Source: Octopus sinensis
Taxonomy: Eukaryota
Assembly: GCF_006345805.1 (NCBI RefSeq)
Contig: NW_021824572.1
Span: 1 to 18,208 of the forward strand
Direction: 5' to 3'
DNA length: 18,208 bases
The position numbers were made by a program, and so were the translations under genes. Positions 1-9,577 of this stretch are shown here, piece by piece (within the stretch, counting starts at the first letter, position 1; every line of letters starts with the position of its first letter). Below the pieces are notes generated by a model, which saw only the letters and a list, made by a program, of their open reading frames with translations, did not search any database and was not told the DNA's origin.

Positions 1-73
1 AACCTTAAGGTTTCCGCATCTTATGATGTTCAAACACAACACGTGTGCGTGTATTTGTGTGTGTATGTCCGTA

Positions 74-75
<2 letters not shown>

Positions 76-134
<59 letters not shown>

Positions 135-170
135 GTGTATGCGCATGCCTGCATGTGTGTGTGTGTGCAT
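76..170. repeat. (GT)n microsatellite with degenerate flanks
   Basis: About 25 uninterrupted GT units from about 76 to 129, then decayed TG/CA units. Confidence 0.97.
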
Positions 171-302
171 ATTCATTTGCATGGATTTCTTCACAAAGTT
201 TGGGCTCTCGTCTTCGTTACCAGGAAATCATTCTTGAAAGCTGAGTCGCTTAGCCGAAAAACTAGCACAGCTACGCACATGTATTACACAGTCAAATATA
301 AA

Positions 303-358
303 CGCACGCACACACACACAGACACAGACACAGACAGACACACACACAGATACACATA
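303..358. repeat. (CA)n/(CAGACA)n degenerate microsatellite
   Basis: acgcacgcacacacacacagacacagacacagacagacacacacacagatacac. Confidence 0.9.
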
Positions 359-987
359 CGTGTGAACACTTTCACAGATCTCCATTCCAGCTGTCATTCA
401 AAGAAAAATCCTTACCGATATCGAAACAAACTAGTGAGATAGTTACCTAGCGTCCACTTTCCTTCCACTTGAGTTATCTCCCTTCGCTCACTTTTGATTT
501 GTATATTATGCAAATTATTACTGCCCGACAAATGTTCTTTGCTATTTTTTCCTATTTGTAAAGAGTTCTGTTAGATAATTTAGGTACCAGGCCAGTCATC
601 GACCACTGCATTTGGTTGAGTTTTGACTTTGACTCTGTAATACTGGTGAAGTCTAATGAGAGCGAAACTTATCCTTAGCTGCTCACCTTGCCTGCAAACA
701 ACAATCGTCAGATTCTCTTCTAATTGTATGAATAATTTTTGTGAAATTAATTCTAAAATTCACGAGGTTATCTCCCCTTTCCATCAAGAGTCGCTAACAC
801 TTACCATCAGGTTTTCTCCATTTCCTCGAAAATTTCCTAGTAATTGAGAATATTTGGGCACACATATTTCAATTTATCACTTTCAAATTATACATCGCGT
901 TCCCGTGTTGGTTTTTACCTTACAACCAGCAGCAACAACAACCTTGGCACGCTAGCCAACGTCAGAATGTCCGTGCAATTCTAAGAT

Positions 988-1168
988 TTGCTACAAATAG
1001 CAGCCATTTTCTTTTTGTTTTCTTTTTAAAATCACGATATAATTGTCATAAAGAAAAGCAAAAACTAAACGAAGAACTTATCTGACTGAGACGAAATGGC
1101 CAAAGCTACGACACCAATTATCATAGGTCTGTTCAATCAGAGCTTTCATAGAGTTAGGCAGCAACAAC
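988..1168 (+). mobile_element. Family B short interspersed repeat, diverged copy B1
   Basis: 5' block gctacaaatagcagcca (990-1006), 3' block atcataggtctgttcaatcagagct (1120-1144) and a gcagcaacaac tail. These match the blocks seen in the copies at 13095 and 14624. Confidence 0.65.
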
Positions 1169-1835
1169 TTCTGTAGACCTAAATTTACCAAATTTGTGGT
1201 AAAACTCCTGTAAGGCAACTAGTTGCTCCCTTCGCTCTTACAAAATGTGCTTCCGACTTTCTGATTCTGTCCACTATGCTTTTCACAGTCTTTCCCCTCG
1301 CTCTTTTTCACCCAACTGTTTTCTAGTGCAGCCGCAATGATCTAACACTTCCGTAACCATCCATATTCCTAATAAAAATACTTTCCTTTATGTGTTTTCA
1401 ATAAACTGCGAAAGTAAGCAAGCATCTGGAGGACTTTGGCACAATGAATCAGCTCAGCCACTCGAATAATTGGAACATAACTACTGCTTTTATGAACAAG
1501 ATTTAGTAAGTGATTCTCACGTGAATTTATGATAAAAAATTTTAATTGGAATATGAAAAATTTTTTAACTGATGAGATTTTTATAACCATAGTTCCAAAG
1601 ATGTCCCGTCTTATACGGAGGGCCAATTGGTATCTATTGTGTTAAAAGTTAGTCGTACAAGAAACTTTGAGTCCAAAGCCCGGAAATGAGGGTTAAAATA
1701 AATGATAATTAAAGAAATAAAAAAGCTTTAGGGCGTTCCATAATACTCCATAGAATGTTATGCAATACCCTAGATAATACGATAGACACTCTCAGAAGAA
1801 TATCATTTATGAGAATATATGGAAGCGAGTGTGCT

Positions 1836-1928
1836 TATATATATATATGTGTGTGTGTGTGTATGTATATAATATATATACATTTATAATATATTTTATA
1901 TATAAATATATATATATATATAATATAC

Positions 1929-1988
<60 letters not shown>

Positions 1989-2300
1989 TATATATATATA
2001 TCATATATATGTGTGCGTTTCTGTGTGTGTATGTAAGCATGTATATTTATATACATATACACATATATACATACACACACACACCAACCACACACATATA
2101 TATATATATATTATATATATATATATATACATAAATGCATATACATTCGTATGTAAATGTATGCACACATATATATGAATTAAGGTATACATACACATTT
2201 GTGTGTTTTTGTGTGTGAATATGCATTTGTATGTCACATTAAAGCATTTAATGATATATATGTATGTGTGTGTGTATGTATGTGTGTGTAAATGTATGTA
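1836..2300. repeat. Compound (AT)n/(GT)n/(AC)n/(GTAT)n microsatellite
   Basis: Long AT runs (for example 1936-1981) interleaved with TG, CA and GTAT units. Confidence 0.97.
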
Positions 2301-2360
2301 TGTATACATGTTTGTAACTTGATTTATCTGAAAGAGGGTTTGTAACAATGGCCTTTACAG

Positions 2361-2388
2361 GTCCTCCGAGAACTCCAAGATCGACGAG
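2361..2388 (+). CDS. Candidate 28-nt microexon of an unidentified gene; frame unresolved (SSENSKIDE, VLRELQDRR or PPRTPRST)
   Basis: ctttacag|GTCCTCCGAGAACTCCAAGATCGACGAG|gttagt gives a canonical AG/GT pair around a GC-rich unique island inside AT-rich microsatellite. All three frames are open, and the SSENSKIDE frame has G/C at 9 of 9 third positions. The polypyrimidine tract is short. Confidence 0.5.
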
Positions 2389-2527
2389 GTTAGTGTTCCG
2401 TCCGCACATTCACAAGTAAAGGACATACTAGAACAGACATATACATACATACATACATGCACACAAACGTCCCACTTATACACATACGCATTTATAATCC
2501 GTGCAATTAGCTTCTTGCCTGCCACAG

Positions 2528-2598
2528 TAGCATACACGCACAACGGCTCGAGCCATAACAAGTTGGCGCAAAGGGGCAGTAAGCAGAGCAGTCAGAAG
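2528..2598 (+). CDS. Candidate small exon with tandem acceptor (2528 or 2531) and two possible donors (after 2578 or 2598); best-looking frame AYTHNGSSHNKLAQRGSKQSSQK
   Basis: Acceptor cttcttgcctgccacag|tag|; donors GGCA|gtaagc and GAAG|gtaaca. The island is GC-rich and unique, with G/C at 18 of 22 third positions in the stated frame. Confidence 0.45.
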
Positions 2599-2679
2599 GT
2601 AACACGACGTGTCCGCGGCCGATGTGGAAATATTTAGAACGCCTGGGGAGAGATTCGTACACACACGCGCATATAAATG

Positions 2680-2744
2680 TACACACATATATATATATAT
2701 ATATATATATTTTTATATTTATCCCCATATGTATTATGTGTGTG

Positions 2745-2776
<32 letters not shown>

Positions 2777-2997
2777 TGCATGTATGTATGTATGTATGTA
2801 TGTATGTATATCTATCTATCTAATCTATCTATCTATCTATATATATATATATGTGTATGTATATATATTATATATATATATATATATATAATATATATAT
2901 ATACATATATATATGCGTATTTATGTTTGTTTGCAATATATTTTTGTTGTGCTCTCCCTTAAACTCTGTTTATACATAAATATATGCATATATATAT

Positions 2998-3043
<46 letters not shown>

Positions 3044-3116
3044 CATATATATATTTATGTATATACATACATATATGTATATATATATATATATATTATA
3101 TATATATATATATAAT
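2680..3116. repeat. Compound (AT)n/(GTAT)n/(CTAT)n microsatellite
   Basis: AT runs, about 15 GTAT units near 2748-2810 and short CTAT runs. Confidence 0.97.
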
Positions 3117-3514
3117 AGTAGAGGAATATACATTTAAGTCTTTATATATGTGTGTATATCTTTATGTGAATCGGATATGCATGACTTTCTGCTTACGCGT
3201 GCCTCTTATATGTGTGTGTGTTGTTGTGAGTGTGTGATGTTCGTTCAACCACGTGAGTTGATGCGTGGCGATGTGTGCGCGCGTGTGCGTTTCTCTCTCT
3301 CTCTGGCCACTTCTGGAACAAGGTTTTCCATTCGTGTACTAATAAAAATATGTGCTACTAATAGTTTTAATTCAATCGACTCCGTTACCCTGGCTCCGCC
3401 CTATCTGACCCTCGATGTTAGTCGAAATTTTTTTCTGCTCTTAAGTTACTGACATTTCAAGTGCTTTAACGTTGCATTCAATTTCTTACACTCTTCGTTA
3501 TATGTAAGATATAC

Positions 3515-3570
3515 GCGTGTGTGTGTATGTATGTATATAATATATATATATATTATATATATATATATAT

Positions 3571-3609
<39 letters not shown>

Positions 3610-3671
3610 ATAAATATATATAATATACTATATATATATATTCATACATATATTATATACACCATATATAT

Positions 3672-3728
<57 letters not shown>

Positions 3729-3847
3729 GTATATATTATGTATGTACATATATGTGTATATATATTTTATATGTATACATATGCATATACATATGTTTAC
3801 ATATGTATATGTAAAACGCATATACATTTATACATATATTATATATA

Positions 3848-3892
<45 letters not shown>

Positions 3893-3980
3893 TATATATA
3901 ATATTATATATATATATAAATGTAGATGATATATATGTGTGTGTGTTCCTTCCGATGTGTGTGAAAATGTAAATATATAT

Positions 3981-4026
<46 letters not shown>

Positions 4027-4050
4027 GAGAGAGAGAGAGAGGGAGAGAGA
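3515..4050. repeat. Long imperfect (AT)n microsatellite ending in (GA)n
   Basis: More than 500 nt dominated by TA dinucleotides, with gagagaga at 4027-4050. Confidence 0.97.
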
Positions 4051-4547
4051 TTCATTTCGTGCACGCACACAGATTTGTGTATGTATAGTGGGAGTTGCTA
4101 GAAAGCAGTAAATGAATTTAAAAAGAAGCCAGTTCTGTATAACATAAGCGTTTTCGCCTTTACTTACATCTATATAATTTACTACCTCACTCTTTGCCTA
4201 TCTGTCTCTCTCTTCTTCTCTCTTTGTCACACATACACATACTATAAACACGCACACACATTCTTTATTTTCATCTCCACCTCGGCCTGTCACTACCACT
4301 TTAAGTTTTGCCACTTTCCCTCTTCCTTCTTCAGCTCCGTCGTCCACCTCTGCTTCCTCCCCTTTACAATGGCAGGTACTCACCTGTTCTTGTGTCTTCT
4401 CTTTTTTTCTTTTTCTCTCTTCCTACCACCTTCTTAATTAGTTTCACCTTATAGATCTACCTTTCTTCCTCTTGTCCATCTCCCTATGTCACTTTCTCAT
4501 TCGAGCCTTCTTTTTCGTTCTATATCTCAACTCTTAGCATATATTTC

Positions 4548-4550
4548 TAC

Positions 4551-4628
<78 letters not shown>

Positions 4629-4635
4629 GTCTATC
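4548..4635. repeat. (TCTA)n tetranucleotide microsatellite
   Basis: About 20 tandem CTAT units. Confidence 0.98.
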
Positions 4636-4782
4636 TAATTACTTTTATTTTTTGCTTCCTCTGCTAGTTTCTGTTCTCTAGTCTCAAAACGATTTTTCTT
4701 ACTCTAGTCAATCATTGATGCTATTTTGTATGTATGTATGTGTGTGTGTATGTAAGCATGTGTGAATGCGTTTGGTGCTACT

Positions 4783-5085
4783 TACTCCAGGTCACCTCTC
4801 ATAATTAAAGACATTCCATCCGTGACCGTCCGCATTATATTTCAGACAGTGTAACTCGGACTACATCATCTAATATCTACTGCCTTTTGAAGACTGTTCG
4901 ATTTGATGGACATTTAATTGATCAAGCATCTCCACAATTTGTTGTTTAGGTCTACACAAATCGAGATCTCAGAGACGTTCCCGTCGTGACTATCCACGAA
5001 TGCCCATCACATTTTTTTTGAAAGACAGGAGGATGTGATATTAAGGAGATTTTGACTGCTATTTCTGACACGTAATGGGACCACG
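4783..5085 (-). mobile_element. Family B repeat in antisense, apparently two tandem partial copies (B2a about 4783-4910, B2b about 4970-5085)
   Basis: ccaggtcac...aaagacattccatccgtgaccgtcc is the reverse complement of the 3' block, and gagattttgactgctatttctg...gaccacg is the reverse complement of the 5' block. The 'ttcc..cgtgac..tcc' and 'ttttgaa(a)gac' motifs each occur twice. Confidence 0.65.
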
Positions 5086-5462
5086 TAGGGAATTTGTTGT
5101 TGGATCTTGCATGTGCACATGTGTATTTAAAGAAAAGAGGGAAAATATTAAAATCACAACACCATAACCCATCCCTCCCACTTAGGGCCCCATGCTCAAT
5201 ATCTAGAAAATTTGTCATGATGGCACAAGGTACACCCCCCAACGTTTCTTTTTTTTCTTCTCGGTTTTGTTTGTAAATAATGTGAATATGTGGCGTTCAG
5301 TCTGTTCCGTTAGAGGCTGTTAACAGAGAAACTGAACTGAAGCTAGTTTCGACTGGATATCGAAACCGGATCGCTGAAGTCATTTGTGCGTCGTTGTTCA
5401 TTTTATGAAGGATATACAAGGCAATAAAGGAAAGTTAATGAAACCTATCTTACAATACTTTC

Positions 5463-5632
5463 ACCACCACCACCCCACCACCACCACCGCCGCCGCCGCC
5501 GCCGCAGCCGCCTTTACCACCACCGTATTTAAAATACCACTTATGCCACAACCACCACCACCACCACCGTACCATCGTCCTCATCATTCACCGTCGCCAG
5601 CGTCACCGCCGACACCATCGTCGTCATCATCT
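5463..5632. repeat. Compound trinucleotide repeat (ACC)n/(GCC)n/(TCG/TCA)n
   Basis: caccaccacc...gccgccgccgccgcagccgcc...ccaccaccaccacc...tcgtcgtcatcatc. Confidence 0.93.
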
Positions 5633-5639
5633 CTTTTTC

Positions 5640-6130
5640 CATGTTTTACTTCCTCATTGCATCTCTCTCCTCCCTCCACTTTACCCCCTCTCTCTCTCTC
5701 ACACACACACTATTATCTGTCTCTTACCCTTTATTTCTATCATTATATTCTCCAATCTCATTATCTACCTCCCCTTCATCTCTTACTTCACTCCACTTCC
5801 TCTTTTTGCAACCACCCCCTCCTTTATATCACTCGCTATACCTTTCTTCCCCCCTCTAATTATCTTCTATTCATCATTATCTTTCCTTCATTATCTTCCA
5901 CTCTCTCACAGTTTATTTCTCTTCCTGCCACTCTTTCATTAGACCTCCTACTCTCACTCCACCATCACTTTCACTCTCTCTCTCTCTCTCTTCATCTCTT
6001 TCCCCTCCCTCTATATCTCTTTCGATCTTTTTTATGCATGTCTTCTTGTGTCTTTCTCCAATCAGTGTCAATTTAATTTCTAATCCACCCCTCTCTATTA
6101 AGCCTCCTCCTCCTCCTTCTCCTCCTTCTA
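5640..6130. repeat. Long polypyrimidine low-complexity tract including (CT)n
   Basis: About 500 nt that is strongly C/T-biased on the + strand. Confidence 0.9.
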
Positions 6131-6279
6131 CTCATAGTTGTCATTTCGACCACGATTACCTCACTTAACCTCACTCTCTCATCGTTTCATTTCTCATTCT
6201 TCTTATGAACATCACAACTTCTCAATTTCTCCCTTGATTATTCCTTTTTCATAAATAACAAGTCTCATTCATGCCTCGT

Positions 6280-6425
6280 GGAGAGGTAATTTTGCGTTCC
6301 AGTTTCGATTCCCGGTTAGTAACGTTTCATTTCTATCATACGATCATGGTCCTGGGAAAGTATGAACGTTACAACATCCCACTTCCTATATGTTAACGAA
6401 AAAAAAAAAAAAAAAAAAAAGAAAA
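6280..6425 (+). mobile_element. Possible degenerate tRNA-derived SINE head followed by an A-rich tail
   Basis: B-box-like agtttcgattccc (6301-6313), gtcctgggaaag (6349-6360) and an A run at 6398-6420. Confidence 0.35.
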
Positions 6426-6483
6426 ACAAAACAAAATCAACATCCATGGAACTAACATTATCATTACTATCATTATAGTGGTT

Positions 6484-6545
6484 GCTGTGGTGCAGCGGTA
6501 AGTTTTCGGTTCATTTCGCGAGCCAGGTTCAATTCTCAGTCAGAA
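6484..6545 (+). mobile_element. Degenerate tRNA-like (Pol III A/B box) SINE head or tRNA pseudogene
   Basis: A-box-like gtggtgcagcgg (6487-6498) and B-box-like ggttcaattct (6526-6536) with tRNA-like spacing. I could not fold a convincing cloverleaf. Confidence 0.4.
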
Positions 6546-6774
6546 TTGCTTCACATCATTTATATCGATAATGCCCCTCACAAATTCATATATATATATA
6601 TATATATATTTCTTTTTTTTTTTAAATCATTATTATGTGTATATAATCCCTTCTCCCTGCCAATTTCATGTATTTGTGGACAAATTTTCGTGGAGAGCCG
6701 TATCTGAAACACACTTTAAATTCCTTGGAACCAAACCATTTTACTTGTTTCCGAATTGCAACTAGAGAGTATTG

Positions 6775-6993
6775 GATGGCAGAATCGGTAGAGCGGCAGG
6801 ATGACTGCTTAGGTAGTATCTATTTACATCCTTTTAACCTTACGAGTTGTGGGTTCAAATCCCGCTGCAGTTTTGGTTTTGCCTTTCATGCTCTCGTGTT
6901 GATAAAAATATATAATAACTGTTAAGTTCCGGAGTTGATATATTCGATATTTCTTTCCTCACTAAATATGTGTGGCCTTGTGCCTATAACTAT
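6775..6993 (+). mobile_element. Family A tRNA-derived SINE, near full-length diverged copy
   Basis: A box tggcagaatcgg (6777-6788), B box gggttcaaatccc (6851-6863), body ttttgcctttcatg...gataaaa and 3' end tggccttgtgcct (6973-6985). It is collinear with the copy at 11159-11310. Confidence 0.85.
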
Positions 6994-7165
6994 TTTCGTA
7001 TCTAAAAATCATTATCATTTTCGTCCCTCTTCAAAGCATTATTATGGTTCTGATGATGCGCATTATTATGACTATTGCTCTAGCTCTCTGTTGTTGTTGT
7101 TCCTATTATTATTGTCCCTTTAACGTCCACTCATCCGTCGCCCTTGTGGCAATAATAAAGAAAGG

Positions 7166-7341
7166 ATTACTGCTATTATTATTGTTATTATAATAATTAT
7201 AATTATAATTATTATTATTATTATTATCATTATTATTATTATTATTATTGTTGTTGTCAATGCCACCCCCACTCCTCAAAAAATATGGGTGGGTAGTTGT
7301 GGCCCGCCTTATACTGATTTAATAATAATAATAACAATAAC

Positions 7342-7376
<35 letters not shown>

Positions 7377-7380
7377 TAAT
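7166..7380. repeat. (ATT)n tract and inverted (AAT)n tract separated by a spacer of about 70 nt
   Basis: ATT/GTT units at 7166-7257 and AAT/AAC units at 7321-7380. Confidence 0.95.
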
Positions 7381-7427
7381 GATTTCTGATGTAGTGGGTG
7401 GCGGCATCCGCCGGTTCTAGCACCTGC

Positions 7428-7566
7428 TTGGTATCTCTTTTATCGACCCCGGAAGAAAGAAAACATTCCGCCGAACTTAATTCTAACTTAGAATCTTCCG
7501 GAGATCGATAAAGTTCAGAGTACCAATCAGGTACTGATGCCGACTAAATTGACTCTACCATCCCCA
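7428..7566. mobile_element. Two family A SINE fragments in inverted orientation (- at 7428-7456, + at 7494-7566)
   Basis: ttggtatctcttttatcgaccccggaaga faces tcttccggagatcgataaagttcagagtaccaa. The + fragment continues as gtaccaatcaggtactgatgccgac...ccatcccc, similar to the body at 11227-11275. Confidence 0.7.
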
Positions 7567-7580
7567 GATGTATATATAGA

Positions 7581-7645
7581 TACACACACACACACACACA
7601 TATATATATTATATATATATATAATATATATATATGTATGTATAT
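7581..7645. repeat. (CA)n/(AT)n microsatellite
   Basis: acacacacac followed by atatatat. Confidence 0.93.
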
Positions 7646-7704
7646 AGCTTTGTGATATGTAGTGACACAGTCGTCCTCTCCTAGCCGGGGCTTGATTGTG
7701 CAGT

Positions 7705-7795
7705 TTTTTAAATCCCTCCAGGGTCGATTGTAATAAGGCAGCAGCCGATATGATCGACTGCAACCTCCTACAAACATTTGGACTTGTGCTTTTCT
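7705..7795 (+). mobile_element. Highly degenerate family A SINE 3' fragment
   Basis: agggtcgat...gccgatatgatcgact...cctcctacaaacatttggacttgtgct parallels the 3' half of the family A copies. Confidence 0.45.
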
Positions 7796-8274
7796 ATAAG
7801 AAATCCTTGTTGTGGTTAGCGGTCCAGGTATAAAGAATTGCAGATCGCTAGTACCATCGTTTATACAAATCCCTGGTACTGTGCCAATGTAAGAAATCCA
7901 TTGATATATCATTCTTCGAAAAAGAAGCAAAATGAACGCTTCTTTTTTTTCTTTTTTCTTTTCTTTTTTTTTTAAATCATATTTACATCATACGGTTCTG
8001 AATTTCTTGTTTAAGTTCGAGTTACACTGGGAATCAGCTTTCTTTCTTTTTTTTTCGGAAATATTTTTTTTCATTCCAATTTTTGGTCTGCATTCAATTA
8101 ATAGATAACTGTCTGCAATAATGAAGGTCGATTCATTTGTCTTTAACATTTTGCGACCTAAAAAAAGAAAGAAAAAATTAGAAAGGAAGATTTGCGCTAA
8201 ACCAAATCATTCTATTTACCCAGCCCTCCAATAAAATATATACAAAAAAAAAAATAGAAATAAAAATGAAGAAG

Positions 8275-8326
8275 GTATACCAGTCATGTACCAGGGTAGA
8301 TTCAATGGAATGTATCCCACTCCTGC
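8275..8326 (+). mobile_element. Family A SINE internal fragment
   Basis: taccagtcatgtaccagggtagattcaatggaatgtatcccactcc aligns by eye to taccagttaagtactgaggtcgctgtaattgaccaactctctcccc (11228-11273). Confidence 0.5.
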
Positions 8327-8451
8327 TTCTCCTTTAAAAAAATTGAATCGCTTCTAGTTGAAAGAAATTACTGTTATTCTAATTCTAATATTTTCTTCCA
8401 ATTCATGTTTGTTAACAATTTCTAAAATAGTTGACTCTTGCACGTAAGATG

Positions 8452-8492
8452 CTCTCTCTCTCTTTCTCTGTGAATTTCTATCTCTATCTCTT

Positions 8493-8568
<76 letters not shown>

Positions 8569-8680
8569 CACATAGAAGCAAGATATATATATATATCTTG
8601 CTTCTATGTGCGTGTGTGTATGTAACCCTTTCTGTTTGCGTTTCTCTCTCTCTACGTTCTTCTCTCGATGTTTCTCTCTC
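8452..8680. repeat. (CT)n/(AT)n compound microsatellite
   Basis: CT runs flanking an AT run at 8506-8563. Confidence 0.93.
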
Positions 8681-8899
8681 TTCCACTTTGATGATTCCAA
8701 AGGTACAATGTGTGTGTGTCTACATGTGTGTGTGTGTGAAATGAGGCAGTGTAAGAAGAGGCTGTGATTTCATTAAGGCACAGACACACACACACACATA
8801 TGCTAAATCTGTAGTATATAATCAATTTATAATTTTATAATTATGAATCTGTGCGGATGTATATAGATTTCTAATTACTCCTCGCATGTATATTCATAA

Positions 8900-9200
8900 A
8901 CTATCTATCTATCTATCTATCTATGTGTATGTATATATACGCAATCAACACATATTTCTTGCTCTCTCTCTCTCTCTCTCGTTATTCGTTTCCTTTTTAC
9001 TTCTCCTAAACTAACTGACACGAATGATTTTCCAACAGTCGCTTTATCTTCATTATTAAATCTTTGTGCGTGTGTGCATATATATACATATATATACATA
9101 TATATGTATATAAATATACATATATATGTGTGTGTGTCCTCATCTCTCTATCTCTCTCCATCTTTTCCATATTATCTCTCTCTCTCTCTCTCTCTCTCAC
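8900..9200. repeat. (TCTA)n, (CT)n and (AT)n cluster
   Basis: ctatctat at 8902-8922, CT runs at 8962-8980 and 9175-9197, and AT at 9078-9126. Confidence 0.9.
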
Positions 9201-9347
9201 CACGACTCGTTTTGTTACTCCGCCTTCTCCTCGCTTCATATTTTTCTCCTCCTCTTCCCACTACTCCTGTTAACTCTCTGGTCTGCATGTATGTAAATGC
9301 GTGCTTTGAGTGTCTGTCTGTCTGTATATAGTGGTGAAAATAAAGAC

Positions 9348-9445
9348 TGACCGACCAACCGACCAACCGACCGACCGACCGACCTACCGACCAACCAGCC
9401 CACCAACCACCCGACCGAACGACCAGCCGACCTACCAACCGATCC
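9348..9445. repeat. Degenerate (ACCG/ACCA)n tetranucleotide repeat
   Basis: gaccgaccaaccgaccaaccgaccgaccgaccgacctaccgaccaacc... Confidence 0.92.
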
Positions 9446-9539
9446 GCACGCACCTTTTTTTTACTACTCCTGCTACAACTCTCACCTTCAATTTTGCTCC
9501 TCTCTTGCTGTCGTTCTCCCTTTTCTTTATACATATTTT

Positions 9540-9577
<38 letters not shown>

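Noticed and set aside
1900-3640. Shared 'tataatatactatata' motif in two separate AT arrays (about 1921 and 3620)
   Set aside because: Such short matches are expected in very low-complexity AT sequence and may reflect sequencing or assembly error.
23-4070. Many YIYI, CVCV and THTH ORFs
   Set aside because: These are direct translations of (AT)n, (GT)n and (CA)n microsatellites.
4375-4440. Minus-strand donor-like site AACAG|gtgagt near 4384
   Set aside because: The upstream 'exon' is just the reverse complement of a CT-rich tract, with no matching acceptor or unique coding signal.
5384-6076. Longest ORF (230 aa, +) with poly-H/T/A/P and S/L-rich tracts
   Set aside because: It is a translation of trinucleotide repeats and a CT-rich tract that is naturally poor in stop codons. 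There is no domain or codon signal.
6484-6545. Functional tRNA gene
   Set aside because: A/B boxes are present but there are no convincing acceptor or anticodon stems and no T-run terminator, so it is treated as a SINE head or pseudogene.
7844-7888. Possible 45-nt exon IASTIVYTNPWYCAN (ttgcag...gtaaga)
   Set aside because: There is no polypyrimidine tract (purine-rich upstream) and it sits next to SINE debris; AG/GT pairs like this arise by chance.
8268-8357. Protein-like stretch EEGIPVMYQGRFNGMYPTPASPLKKLNRF*
   Set aside because: It overlaps a family A SINE fragment and has an A-rich upstream region with no acceptor.
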